UHGV virus genome: UHGV-1841366
DNA: 54,360 bases
Reading direction: 5' to 3' (one strand)
Origin: a virus
Shown here: positions 17,218 through 27,013 of the stretch, one piece after another
Layout of the letters: the number at the start of each line of letters is the position of its first letter
Position numbering within the stretch: position 1 is the stretch's first letter
Program-made: the position numbers and the translations under genes
Notes under the pieces: generated by a model
Database searches by the model: none
What the model was told of the DNA's origin: nothing
Seen by the model: only the letters and a program-made list of their open reading frames with translations

Positions 17218-17879
17218 GCAAATACATCATCAACGTATCGTTTCAGACACGCGTAAATAAAACCACGCGCACGTTGGAAATCGCTGAGTCGTTCGGGCTT
17301 GGCCTGGACGAAAAAGAGTGGACGCTTTACGACAATCTGGAGCTGGAAGTGAAGCAGGGCGATGTGGTGTACATCACCGGCCAATCCGGTTCAGGTAAAT
17401 CCGTTGTGTTGCGCGAGCTGCAACGCCAGATGAAGGATGAAGGGCTTTCTGTAGCTTCTATTGATGACTTTACCTTCGATAATGAGGTTAACGTCATTGA
17501 CCAACTGGGCAAAACTACCAGTGATGCGCTTGGGTTGTTATCTATGGCAGGTCTGAACGATGCATATCTGTTTGTTCGCAAGCCTTCTGAAATGTCAGAC
17601 GGTCAGAAATATCGTCTCAAGATTGCCAAACTGATTGAGTCAGGCGCTAAAGTGTGGGCTGCTGACGAGTTCGGTGCTGTTCTCGATCGTGTAACCGCTC
17701 AGGTTGTGGCATCTAACCTCCAGCGTGCCGCTCGAAAGGTTGGTGCGACGGTAATGGTGGCGACGACTCACGAAGACTTGAAGAACGCGCTGCGCCCGGA
17801 TATGCAGATCACCAAGCACTACAAAGAACGCGTGAAGGTGGAGTATCACAATGGTAGTCATGATGAGGCTCATTCATGA
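17214..17879 (+). CDS. small soluble ABC-type ATPase
   Basis: Walker A GQSGSGKS, signature-like SDGQKY, Walker B VWAADE, H-loop TTHED; ATGA overlap with the upstream gene. Confidence 0.55.
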   Translation: MSKYIINVSFQTRVNKTTRTLEIAESFGLGLDEKEWTLYDNLELEVKQGDVVYITGQSGSGKSVVLRELQRQMKDEGLSVASIDDFTFDNEVNVIDQLGKTTSDALGLLSMAGLNDAYLFVRKPSEMSDGQKYRLKIAKLIESGAKVWAADEFGAVLDRVTAQVVASNLQRAARKVGATVMVATTHEDLKNALRPDMQITKHYKERVKVEYHNGSHDEAHS

Positions 17880-18766
17880 CGGACATCATCATTAAACGCT
17901 ACCGCCCTGAAGAGTTTCCGCGTCATCTGGACTTTCTGGAGCGAATGACAGTCACAAAGGGAACTGTAGAGGACTGGCACGCTCTTAAGTCGCTTCACTA
18001 CAAAACAGACGGCAAACCTTTCGCGCCAACTTACTATCGCTGCGAACTTGACGACCGTCTGGTGGGCGTCGTGGTTATGGCTTACCCGAAACTACTGCTG
18101 GCACCTCGCCACCGCATGTTTCCTAAGTTGAAACCAACCACCAATACCACCGTGGCTAACCAGTACTGGGGTCGGTACGTGAATAACAACTTTGCGGTGA
18201 TCAGTCGCTCAGTTGTGGATACTCAGTATCGTGGCGTAGGCGTCTCTTATCGAATGATTAACCTGGTTAGCAGGATGCATGACCGGCCAATCATTGAGAT
18301 CCAGTCCTCGATGAGCAAATACAATCCCTTCGCCATGAAAGCAGGGTTTAAGTTCATCCGCCCTGAGCGACCGAAGAGCTATGAAAGTGCACTGCGTGTT
18401 TTCCAGCGTCATTTTCGCTCCGACCCGGGTGATAACGAGGCGATCGTCAAAGAGTTGTTCGCAATGAGCGAGTCACGTCGTCGCCGTGCACTGCGTGATA
18501 TGGTGGCGGACTACCACAAGAACAGTTCCCTGGCAAAAGCTGGGCGGAATCGTGGCACGACGATTCAGGACATTGCCGACAGTCTGGTGGACGAGGCCAG
18601 CATTGTGAAGCTGCTCAAGGACATTCACAACCTGAGCTTTACGTCTCCGCTGTATGGTGTGTACCGAAACCCTGACTTTGGTCGTCGACTGCCTGACACG
18701 CTGCCACTGCTGGCATTCGACAAACAACCTTTGGATAAACCGTTAGAAATTGCTTTACCGGCATAA
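17876..18766 (+). CDS. protein with N-terminal GNAT-like motif
   Basis: 296 aa; QYRGVG matches the GNAT Q/R-x-x-G-x-G/A acetyl-CoA motif preceded by a beta-strand-like stretch; ATGA overlap with the ATPase gene. Confidence 0.4.
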   Translation: MTDIIIKRYRPEEFPRHLDFLERMTVTKGTVEDWHALKSLHYKTDGKPFAPTYYRCELDDRLVGVVVMAYPKLLLAPRHRMFPKLKPTTNTTVANQYWGRYVNNNFAVISRSVVDTQYRGVGVSYRMINLVSRMHDRPIIEIQSSMSKYNPFAMKAGFKFIRPERPKSYESALRVFQRHFRSDPGDNEAIVKELFAMSESRRRRALRDMVADYHKNSSLAKAGRNRGTTIQDIADSLVDEASIVKLLKDIHNLSFTSPLYGVYRNPDFGRRLPDTLPLLAFDKQPLDKPLEIALPA

Positions 18767-18775
18767 GGATTTGCC

Positions 18776-19042
18776 ATGACGTTAACCGACAAACAAAAGG
18801 ACATAATCAAAACGCTCAATCTCGGTTATGAGCGAGGTCATCTACTTGATCTGGACGAATTGCTTGAAGTTTTGCCGTACAAGACAACCAAGCAAAGTAT
18901 CCAGTTCTCAATTCGCGCTCTGATAAAAAAGGGGCTGGTGGAGAAAGGGCATACGCGTCAACGCAGTGACAATCGCTATCACCGCCGGACTCTTGGGTTA
19001 ACCACTTTAGGTCGAGCCAAAGCGAAGTTACTGGTGATGTAA
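18776..19042 (+). CDS. small putative DNA-binding protein
   Basis: 88 aa, basic; carries a Chi octamer at 18934-18941; followed by hairpin repeat copy B. Confidence 0.35.
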   Translation: MTLTDKQKDIIKTLNLGYERGHLLDLDELLEVLPYKTTKQSIQFSIRALIKKGLVEKGHTRQRSDNRYHRRTLGLTTLGRAKAKLLVM

Positions 19043-19066
19043 TCGGTCTGGGAGCTTATTTAAAGA

Positions 19067-19122
19067 CCTGCTTCTGTATATATAAATAATAAGTAACTTA
19101 ATAAATATATACGGAAGCAGGC
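19067..19122. repeat. long AT-rich-loop hairpin, copy B
   Basis: CCTGCTTCTGTATATATAAATAATAAGTAACTTAATAAATATATACGGAAGCAGG; one stem mismatch relative to copy A. Confidence 0.7.
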
Positions 19123-19185
19123 TTAATAAGACATGCCCAGATTCAATTAAACACACCAGTAAACAAGTTGGTTAATAGATGCAGT

Positions 19186-19198
19186 AAACAAGTTGTTT
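19186..19198. promoter_or_regulatory. palindromic motif AAACAA-N-TTGTTT (copy upstream of terS)
   Basis: Perfect copy; variant copy at 19161-19173; followed by palindrome GAGCGC-ATGGAC-GCGCTC and the ATG at 19239. Confidence 0.5.
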
Positions 19199-19238
19199 TA
19201 GAGCGCATGGACGCGCTCTATGTGTTTTAGAGGGATCT

Positions 19239-19871
19239 ATGACTGTCGAAAAAGACGAGGTGAAAACTCGCCTGACACCAGCGGAGTGGGCCGAAGCTGA
19301 AGCCAAATGGACGTCAGGCGAATATACACTCTCAAAGCTGGAGGAAGAGTACGGCATTCGTCGTGAAACACTCTCCAGACATTTCAAAAAGCGAGGATTA
19401 GAGAAAGGCGCGGACTCTGTTGGGAAGATGGTTCGTGAGTCTCTTAAATCTGACGCAGAGCTTCGCGCTAAAGCCCGTGCGGAAAAGATAGAAGAACGTC
19501 GTACACGTTATGACGGCTGGGCGTATGCGTTGGGGCAGATGGTGATGGTCGAAGTCACTACGGCCAAGCGTGAGGGTAAGCCTTTAGGGGCGATTGAGGA
19601 TTCTCTCAAGAGCTTACAGAGAGCAAGTAATACCCTTGCAAAATGCTTTGAAGTTTCGTCCAAAGCATTGGGTATGGATCATGCGGAAAATGACGAGGAA
19701 GAAATTCCGAACCTGGTATTTGGTGAGCTTACGCCTTCCCAGGTGGCGAAATTACGTCAGGAAGACGACGAGCCTGAAATCATCGATGACGAATTGCTTG
19801 AGACGTTGGAAGAAGAAGCTCTAAGCGAATTTGATGCGACAGATGATGGAAGTGAAGGGGAGGACGAATAA
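19239..19871 (+). CDS. terminase small subunit (putative)
   Basis: 210 aa directly upstream of TerL with a 1-nt overlap; basic N-terminal region, very acidic C-terminus. Confidence 0.55.
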   Translation: MTVEKDEVKTRLTPAEWAEAEAKWTSGEYTLSKLEEEYGIRRETLSRHFKKRGLEKGADSVGKMVRESLKSDAELRAKARAEKIEERRTRYDGWAYALGQMVMVEVTTAKREGKPLGAIEDSLKSLQRASNTLAKCFEVSSKALGMDHAENDEEEIPNLVFGELTPSQVAKLRQEDDEPEIIDDELLETLEEEALSEFDATDDGSEGEDE

Positions 19872-21127
19872 TGGCAATCCCGTCCTCGCTCAGTCTTGTG
19901 CAACTGCATTCTGGACAGATGAAAGTCTTCCAGTCTCCGCATCGATTTAAAGTTGTTTGTGCTGGTCGACGCTGGGGAAAATCCCGGTTGTCGATCTCCA
20001 CTATTATTCGTGCGGCGGCAAAGGAAAAAAAGCAAAGGGTCTGGTATGTCGCTCCTACTTACCAGATGGCTCGCCAGATTTTGTGGGACGATCTACAGGA
20101 AATTCTGCCCCGTAAGTGGGTTAGGAAAAAGAACGACACCACGATGACAATCGTGTTGAAGAACGGTTCGGAGATCGCCCTCAAAGGTGCTGATAAGCCT
20201 GACACTCTGCGCGGCGTAGCGTTGCATTTTGTAGTGCTTGATGAATTTCAGGATATGAAGGCTGACACCTGGTACAAGGTGTTACGACCTACTCTTTCAT
20301 CGACACGCGGCGGTGCACTGATTATTGGTACGCCAAAAGGCTTCTCGGAATTTCACAAACTGTGGACTATAGGCCAGAACGTAGAGCTGCAAAGAAAGGG
20401 ACAGTGGAAGAGCTGGCAGTTTGTAACTGCTGATTCTCCGTTTGTGCCTACGGCGGAAATTGAAGCTGCTAAGAACGATATGGACCCTAAATCGTTCGCT
20501 CAGGAGTACCTGGCCAGCTTTGAAAATATGTCCGGGCGCGTTTACTACCCGTTCGATCGAAACGTGCATGTTAAACCGCTTCAGTTCAACCCTCGGTTGC
20601 CTATATGGGTAGGACAGGACTTTAACATTGACCCGATGTCTTCCGTAATTTTGCAACCTCAGCCAAATGGTGAGCTATGGGCAATTGATGAATTGGTGCT
20701 CTTTTCTTCTAACACGGCAGAAGTTTGTGATGAGCTTGAGAGGCGCTTCTGGCGCTGGAAATCACAGGTAACGGTATTTCCAGATCCGGCAGGTGCTTAT
20801 CGCCAACATGCTCGCGGGGAGTCTGACGTAGACATATTCAAAGAGAAGGGATTCTTACGTGTCGATTATTCGAAAAAGCACCCGCCAATTGCGGATCGTG
20901 TTAATGCTGTTAACCGAATGCTGATGACCGCATCTGGAGATATCCGGCTGTATATCGATCCGAAGTGCAAGCATTTGATTGATTCACTGGAAAAGGTCAT
21001 CTACAAGCCTGGAACACGAGATATGGATAAGACAGGTGGCATTGAGCATAGTGCAGACGCATTGGGCTATCCAGTACATCGTAGGTATCCAGTCAAAAAC
21101 CGTGTTATTCTTGGTGGTTCTCGATAG
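19871..21127 (+). CDS. terminase large subunit
   Basis: 418 aa; Walker A-like VVCAGRRWGKS near the N-terminus, acidic nuclease-like C-terminal half; position ahead of portal. Confidence 0.75.
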   Translation: MAIPSSLSLVQLHSGQMKVFQSPHRFKVVCAGRRWGKSRLSISTIIRAAAKEKKQRVWYVAPTYQMARQILWDDLQEILPRKWVRKKNDTTMTIVLKNGSEIALKGADKPDTLRGVALHFVVLDEFQDMKADTWYKVLRPTLSSTRGGALIIGTPKGFSEFHKLWTIGQNVELQRKGQWKSWQFVTADSPFVPTAEIEAAKNDMDPKSFAQEYLASFENMSGRVYYPFDRNVHVKPLQFNPRLPIWVGQDFNIDPMSSVILQPQPNGELWAIDELVLFSSNTAEVCDELERRFWRWKSQVTVFPDPAGAYRQHARGESDVDIFKEKGFLRVDYSKKHPPIADRVNAVNRMLMTASGDIRLYIDPKCKHLIDSLEKVIYKPGTRDMDKTGGIEHSADALGYPVHRRYPVKNRVILGGSR

Positions 21128-21144
21128 GTAAGTAATTATCTAGG
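21123..21144. promoter_or_regulatory. GATAGGTAAGTAATTATCTAGG motif
   Basis: Member of the TAGGTAA-N4-TTACCTA-like family; 10 nt upstream of the portal start. Confidence 0.45.
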
Positions 21145-21153
21145 GTTATTCAA

Positions 21154-22728
21154 ATGGAATTGAACGACAAACAAATTAAGGATCTGGTGGCGCGACGCCA
21201 CCCGGAATACGAAAAGAAAAAAGAACATTGGGACTTCCTCGCCAGCACTTACGCTGGCGGGCGTGGTTGGTTTACAGACAATATCTTTCGTTACTTTAAA
21301 GAGGGAGATCAGGAGTTTAAGGAGAGAGTTGAGCGTGCTTATCGCTTCAACCACACTCGTGAGGTGGTAAACCTCATCAACAAATATCTCTTTAAAGAAG
21401 ACATTCATAGAAATATCGAAGAGGCACCAGAGCAGATCCGCAATTTCTGGAAACGTGCGACTCGCCAGAATGCCTCTATTGACTCATTTATGGCCGCTAT
21501 TGATTTGCAGTCGTCTATTTACGGTCGCATATGGGTTGTTGTCGATAGCACGATGAGTGGTGATGTTGAGTCAGTAGCTGACGAGAAAAAGAAAGATGCT
21601 CGCGCCTACGCCTACTGGATTTCACCTCAGCAAATGCTGGATGTGGCATGGGACGACGACGGGAATATGTTGTGGGCGTTAATTGTGGAAGTCGCTCGTG
21701 ATGACGCAGATCCTTTTACTTCTACAGGTCAGGAATACCAACGTTATCGTCTGTGGACACAAAATACGTGGTATCTGTTCCGTGAGGAAGTGAAGAAGGG
21801 CGCTGGTGGAGCAGGTCGTCGTCAGGCAAAAGTTATTTTAGAGGATAGCGGTGCGCATAATCTCGGCGTAGTTCCGGTGTTTCCTGTTGATTGTATTGGA
21901 GAAAGTGAATCACCGTATTTCAGCCCATCGTTGATCGATGATATCGCTTATCTTGATCGTGCGGTTGCAAACTATCTGTCAAACCTTGATGCCATTATTC
22001 AGGATCAGACATTTAGCCAGTTGGCTATACCGGTACAGTCGCTTTTACCTGGTGATGAAAACCACACTAAAGTGCTTGAAATGGGCACAAAGCGAGTCTT
22101 CACCTACGATTCTGAAGGTGGAAACCAGCCGTTTTATCTGTCACCAGACCCGAAACAAGCTCAGATGATCATCACTACGATTAAGACGGTGATTAACGAA
22201 ATCTACCATTCAGTTGGTGTAGCTGGTGAGCGAACGAAGCAGGACAACGCACAGGGAATAGATAATTCATCTGGTGCCGCAAAAATGTATGACTTCCAGC
22301 GTGTAAATAGCTTACTCGTCACAAAAGCAGAACGTCTGGAAAGGGCTGAGCGTCAAATCATGCAACTGGTTGCGAAATGGATGGGGGTAGATCTGGACGA
22401 AGATCACTCATTAATTGCGTATCCAGAAAGTTTCGATATTCGTGGCCTTACTGATGAATTTTCTGTTGCCGAGAAACTGTCGTTACTTCAGGCACCGGAC
22501 TCTGTACGTCGTCACCAGATGGAAATGCTGATTGAGAAGATTTTCCCGAACATCACTGAGGCGATGAAGAAGGAATTTGATAAAGATCTCTTGAATTTTC
22601 CGCCAAAAAATGATCTAAATACCCTTGAAAATAAGTCAGCACTTACTTATGATCAAGGCGCAGCCCAAGAAAGCGGGCAAGATCAACCCCGAGGGAATGG
22701 GGACTCATCTACTCAAGAGAACGAGTGA
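21154..22728 (+). CDS. portal protein (putative)
   Basis: 524 aa immediately after TerL; size and position typical; no motif-level confirmation. Confidence 0.6.
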   Translation: MELNDKQIKDLVARRHPEYEKKKEHWDFLASTYAGGRGWFTDNIFRYFKEGDQEFKERVERAYRFNHTREVVNLINKYLFKEDIHRNIEEAPEQIRNFWKRATRQNASIDSFMAAIDLQSSIYGRIWVVVDSTMSGDVESVADEKKKDARAYAYWISPQQMLDVAWDDDGNMLWALIVEVARDDADPFTSTGQEYQRYRLWTQNTWYLFREEVKKGAGGAGRRQAKVILEDSGAHNLGVVPVFPVDCIGESESPYFSPSLIDDIAYLDRAVANYLSNLDAIIQDQTFSQLAIPVQSLLPGDENHTKVLEMGTKRVFTYDSEGGNQPFYLSPDPKQAQMIITTIKTVINEIYHSVGVAGERTKQDNAQGIDNSSGAAKMYDFQRVNSLLVTKAERLERAERQIMQLVAKWMGVDLDEDHSLIAYPESFDIRGLTDEFSVAEKLSLLQAPDSVRRHQMEMLIEKIFPNITEAMKKEFDKDLLNFPPKNDLNTLENKSALTYDQGAAQESGQDQPRGNGDSSTQENE

Positions 22729-22749
22729 TAAGTAACAAAGGGAATTTTT

Positions 22750-23637
22750 ATGAAACTGTGGCAAATGCTTTTGGCCCGTCGTGGTCTGATGGATGTTGCT
22801 GAAGCGCATGAGCGTGGAGGCGCTGGCGGTGTAGCTGCTGATAATGAGCAGAGTACACAAGATCCTGACAAACAGGGTGAACAAAAAGAGCAGCCGAAGG
22901 GTGATGACGAATACGCTGGCATGACTCATGAAGAGTTACTGGCCGAACTTCGTAAAACCAAGAAAGCTGGTGCTGAACTGCTGAAAGAGAACATGAAGCG
23001 CAAAGAGAAAGAGCGCACATTGGCCGATCAGCTTGCTCAGTACGGTGATATCGACCCGACGCGTGCTCGCCAGCTTTTAGAAGCTGAACAGGCCGCAGAA
23101 AATGCACGTCGTGAGGCGGAGCAAGCTGAACTGGAGCGTCGTGGTGAGTTCGATGCTGTAAAAAAACAGATGGTCGAAGCACACCAGGCAGAGCTGGCAC
23201 AGCGTGACGAACGTTATGTTGCTCTGGAAAGTGAAAACGCATCACTGAAATCTCAATTAGTCGAGATGACTGTGGGCGCTTCCTTCAGTAACTCTCTCTT
23301 CCTACGTGACAAAGTTCTGATGACTCCGGCAAAAGCCCGCGTGATCTACGGCTCTCATTTTGAAGTGGGTGAAGACGGTAGCGTAGTGGGTTATGACAAA
23401 CCGGCAGGTCATAAAGAACGAGCTGTTCTGGTTGACGGTGAAGGTAAGCCGTTGCCGTTTGAATCCGCGATTGAACGCATTGTGCGGGCAGATCCGGAAG
23501 CTGACGCATTGATGCGTAGCGAAGCCAAGCAGGGTGTAGGCTCACATTCCAAATCGACCTACACAATATCCCGACCGAAGAACAAGTCGACTATGGATAA
23601 GTTGGCCTCCGGTCTGGGGAAAATTGGACTTAAGTAA
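22750..23637 (+). CDS. scaffolding protein (putative)
   Basis: 295 aa, highly charged with coiled-coil-like E/A/R/Q-rich stretches; between portal and capsid genes. Confidence 0.5.
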   Translation: MKLWQMLLARRGLMDVAEAHERGGAGGVAADNEQSTQDPDKQGEQKEQPKGDDEYAGMTHEELLAELRKTKKAGAELLKENMKRKEKERTLADQLAQYGDIDPTRARQLLEAEQAAENARREAEQAELERRGEFDAVKKQMVEAHQAELAQRDERYVALESENASLKSQLVEMTVGASFSNSLFLRDKVLMTPAKARVIYGSHFEVGEDGSVVGYDKPAGHKERAVLVDGEGKPLPFESAIERIVRADPEADALMRSEAKQGVGSHSKSTYTISRPKNKSTMDKLASGLGKIGLK

Positions 23638-23662
23638 CATCTAAATCAAAGGGAATTGGTAG

Positions 23663-24544
23663 ATGCCATTACTGCGTGAAGAAGCTGAAAAGCTGTCTAA
23701 CAACGAACTCGAACAGGGTGTGATCGAAACTATCATCGATCGCGATGACCTGTTTGCCATCCTGCCGTTCATGAAGATTAACTCTAAGGCGTATCTGTAC
23801 AATCGCGAGGCTACCCTGAGTGAAGCAGAGTTTATTGACGTGAACGATACCATCACGGAAGGCGCAGCAACCTTCACAGAACATGTAGCGAAGCTGCGTA
23901 TTCTGGCTGGTGACGTAGACGTTGATAAATTCCTGGCAACCACGATGGCCGACACTAACAACCAGTTGGCCATTCAGGTTCGTCAGAAAGTTAAAGGTCT
24001 GGCTCGTGCATTCCGCCGTAATCTGATTTTGGGGGATTCCAGCACCAATGCTAAGGCTTTTGATGGTATTCCACGTCTGATGCATAACGACCAGAAGATC
24101 GATATCGCTAAAGCCTCTATGACTTTCTCTATGTTTGATGAGTTGGTGGATGCAGTGAAAGATCTGGGCGCGGACTGCATTATGATGCGTTCAGAACATC
24201 TTCGTGCTTACCGTGCGCTGCTGCGTACCGTCAACATCGGACCGTCAGAAATTATGATAGAGAATTTTGGGCGTCCTATGCTGTGTCACAACGGAATTCC
24301 GTTTATTGTTAATGACTTTATTCCGTTGACAACCGAAAAGGATGCAGCGGATATTTACTGTTTGCATTTATCGGAAGAGAACGGTTTGACTGGCCTGTAT
24401 GGCGGCGACAATGCTGGTATTGTCGTTGAAAACATTGGTACGGTTCAGAATAAAGATGCAACCCGTACTCGTGTAAAATGGTACTGCTCTCTAGCGAATA
24501 AGCACGATAAGGCTATCGCTGCACTGACTAATGTAAAAATTTAA
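23663..24544 (+). CDS. major capsid protein (putative)
   Basis: 293 aa after the scaffold; followed by a strong terminator, typical for an abundantly expressed capsid gene. Confidence 0.6.
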   Translation: MPLLREEAEKLSNNELEQGVIETIIDRDDLFAILPFMKINSKAYLYNREATLSEAEFIDVNDTITEGAATFTEHVAKLRILAGDVDVDKFLATTMADTNNQLAIQVRQKVKGLARAFRRNLILGDSSTNAKAFDGIPRLMHNDQKIDIAKASMTFSMFDELVDAVKDLGADCIMMRSEHLRAYRALLRTVNIGPSEIMIENFGRPMLCHNGIPFIVNDFIPLTTEKDAADIYCLHLSEENGLTGLYGGDNAGIVVENIGTVQNKDATRTRVKWYCSLANKHDKAIAALTNVKI

Positions 24545-24553
24545 TCAATGTGG

Positions 24554-24572
24554 TAGGTAAGTAATTACCTAT
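24554..24572. promoter_or_regulatory. near-palindrome TAGGTAA-GTAA-TTACCTA
   Basis: 7-bp perfectly inverted arms with 4-bp spacer, between the capsid stop and the terminator. Confidence 0.45.
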
Positions 24573-24576
24573 GTTA

Positions 24577-24606
24577 AAGGGTGGGCTATACGCCCACCCT
24601 TTTTGT
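24577..24606 (+). terminator. rho-independent terminator
   Basis: 8-bp stem GGGTGGGC / GCCCACCC with 5-nt loop followed by TTTTTGT. Confidence 0.75.
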
Positions 24607-24617
24607 AGGAATGAGAA

Positions 24618-25277
24618 ATGCCAGAACAAAAGATGATGATTACCGAAGAGGCCTTTTCGGATTTCACGGGGCATATGTGCCGTGTCGGATTTACCAATTC
24701 TATCTCCGATGAACCTTTAACCGAGCGACAACAAAGTCAGCTATCAGCTTGTTTGCAGGCGACTTCCTTCACCCAATCCGTAAACATAACCCCTGCTTCA
24801 GCGTCAGTTTTGGTGGGGAAAAGCGTTCAACTAAGTGCAGGTATCAGTATGGGTAAGAGTGCCGGTTTATTCACCTGGAATTCAGCCAATGATCAAACTG
24901 CAACCGTTAACAGCAATGGGTTAGTAACTGGCGTAGCCCCTGGCAAAGTAAAAATTACTGCAACTGATCAGGAAACCCAGCTTTCCGCGTCAGCTGAAGT
25001 GACTGTAAATCCGGTAGCTGTTCAATCTGTAACTATAACGCCAGACTCAACCTCTGTTGAGAAAGGGAAATCAGTCAATCTGAAAGCGAATATCCAGCCG
25101 TCAAATGCGACGAATAAAGCAGTTACCTGGTCTTCCAAAAATGAAGATAAGGCAACGGTAAACCAGAGCGGTAACGTTACTGGTGTTGCTGCTGGTACTG
25201 CCACGATTGAGGTAACTACTCATGATGGTAGCCACAAAGCAACAGCGATCGTAGAGGTTACTGGCGCACAGGAATAA
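24618..25277 (+). CDS. Ig-like (Big_2-type) domain protein, possible capsid decoration
   Basis: Two repeats of the bacterial Ig-like pattern (for example SVTITPDSTSVEKGKSVNLKANIQPSNATNKAVTWSSKNEDKATVNQSGNVTGVAAGTATIEV). Confidence 0.5.
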   Translation: MPEQKMMITEEAFSDFTGHMCRVGFTNSISDEPLTERQQSQLSACLQATSFTQSVNITPASASVLVGKSVQLSAGISMGKSAGLFTWNSANDQTATVNSNGLVTGVAPGKVKITATDQETQLSASAEVTVNPVAVQSVTITPDSTSVEKGKSVNLKANIQPSNATNKAVTWSSKNEDKATVNQSGNVTGVAAGTATIEVTTHDGSHKATAIVEVTGAQE

Positions 25278-25321
25278 TCAGTATTGGGCGGCGAAAGCTG
25301 CCCATGTAGAGAGAAAGCGTA

Positions 25322-25756
25322 ATGAAACCTGCAAAAATTGTTCTATTAGAACCACAATTTTCCAGTTATTCGGGAATGCTGTGCGGTGTTCAGTTCGAGA
25401 ATGGTGTGTCCATCGCAGAGTTGCCTTTTGTCGATCAGCAGAGAATTTGTGCCTCAATGCGAGCTTCAACAGTAGAGGGCAAAAATGTTTCTCCATCTGC
25501 CGCATACAGTGATCGTGGTGAATTGACCGCAGACCTGATTACAGAGCCAGTAGCGCCTGACATTGTACCAATGAAACGTGGGATGCCAGATGGACCGACC
25601 AAACAGATCCAGACTTTCACACGAGAAGAGCTGGAGTCAATTGCAGACAATGAAGGCATTGCCGGTCTACGTGTAATTGGGAATCAGATGGGTGTTAAAG
25701 CGAAAGGAATTGTCGAGATGATTGAAGGTATCCTGAAAGCACAAGGCGGTGAGTAA
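25322..25756 (+). CDS. hypothetical head/connector-region protein
   Basis: ORF track; GAGAGAAAG ribosome-binding site; position only. Confidence 0.45.
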   Translation: MKPAKIVLLEPQFSSYSGMLCGVQFENGVSIAELPFVDQQRICASMRASTVEGKNVSPSAAYSDRGELTADLITEPVAPDIVPMKRGMPDGPTKQIQTFTREELESIADNEGIAGLRVIGNQMGVKAKGIVEMIEGILKAQGGE

Positions 25757-26589
25757 TGGCGCAGATCGACTCGTATCGTAGCGGTGAAGCTGTTTCCCTT
25801 TCATTTGCCTTCAACGTGCTGGATATCGAATCTGCTACCTACACAGTAAAGGACAGCACCGGGGGTATTCTCGTTGATGGCGAACTGCTAGAAATTGCCA
25901 GCGGGCAAATGTCGATTCCGGTTGTTGTTCCGGCTGAATACAACCAGCTTTCTGAGAAAGAACGAGATCTGCGGTACGTCATTGTGAAAGCTGTTGCATC
26001 GGGTCTGACGCATGAAGAGCGGCAAATGTATGTTCTGCTGAATAGTTTTGAATTGTCGATACCGGAACAGTCGTTTGCAACTGTCGCTGATGCTCAAATG
26101 CAGGCGATCGATATGCTGAATGGGGACACTTTGCTGTCGGATGGTGAAGGCTTAATGCGCAAGCGTCTCATTGAGGCTACCAGACGAATTAAAACTTTAC
26201 CGTTCTCAATCCGCAAAATTCTACGTATCGACTTTGACCGATACGATCGCCCTCAAAATATGCTGAATGTGTATGACATTCCGTGGGGGGCAGATGGAGC
26301 GTACCGGCATGATTTAGTCGATTGGGAAAAGATGACGCAGGAGAAGTTTGAAGAGTTCCCTGACTATTTCAAAGAAGCGTTGATGCTTGCCGTTGTCAAC
26401 GAAGCGTGTGAGATCGCAAATGGCAATGATGTAGCCGCAGCACGAGAGGATGGCATTTTGTCAGAGTCCATCGGTGAAACAACCAACATGTACCGTACCG
26501 GTAAAGCTGCAAACGTGCATGTGGCTCGCAGTACCTGGCGCTTGCTGGTCAGTTACATCAACAACCGTATGATTGTTCGCCGTGCGTAA
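25756..26589 (+). CDS. hypothetical head/connector-region protein
   Basis: ORF track; start overlaps the previous stop (TAATG). Confidence 0.45.
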   Translation: MAQIDSYRSGEAVSLSFAFNVLDIESATYTVKDSTGGILVDGELLEIASGQMSIPVVVPAEYNQLSEKERDLRYVIVKAVASGLTHEERQMYVLLNSFELSIPEQSFATVADAQMQAIDMLNGDTLLSDGEGLMRKRLIEATRRIKTLPFSIRKILRIDFDRYDRPQNMLNVYDIPWGADGAYRHDLVDWEKMTQEKFEEFPDYFKEALMLAVVNEACEIANGNDVAAAREDGILSESIGETTNMYRTGKAANVHVARSTWRLLVSYINNRMIVRRA

Positions 26590-26668
26590 CGCCAGTCGCA
26601 TTATTTACTTTTGGTCGAAAGGGTTTTTGGCCAGTAATGAGAGCGACCGACAACAACAGGGAGAGTGC

Positions 26669-27013
26669 ATGAATATTTCATGGCAAACAGAAATTGCGAT
26701 CTACCGCTTTGGCGTAAAGAACGTTTACGGCGAGGCGCAATTGCAATTCGTCAGGAAGACGAATGTCGGCGTGGTTAAGTTCGAACAGAGTAATGAGAAA
26801 TCGTCAGTTCGTGCTGATAGCTCTGGTAGTCGTGGTAAGGCGAGTCTGGAGCTGTTTGATGCTGTGTTAATTGTCCCTTTGGAAGCGGCTGTACAACTTG
26901 ATGATGTGCTGATCCTTGAAGGTCAAAAATTAAAGGTGTCCAGTGTTCATCGCCGCTGGGGGCTACGAGGAAGACCAGGGCATCTTGAAGTGGGGGCGAA
27001 TATATGGGTCTGA
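26669..27013 (+). CDS. putative head-tail joining protein
   Basis: In-frame ATG (MNISWQTE) of ORF 26573..27013 preceded by GGGAGAG; position only. Confidence 0.4.
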   Translation: MNISWQTEIAIYRFGVKNVYGEAQLQFVRKTNVGVVKFEQSNEKSSVRADSSGSRGKASLELFDAVLIVPLEAAVQLDDVLILEGQKLKVSSVHRRWGLRGRPGHLEVGANIWV

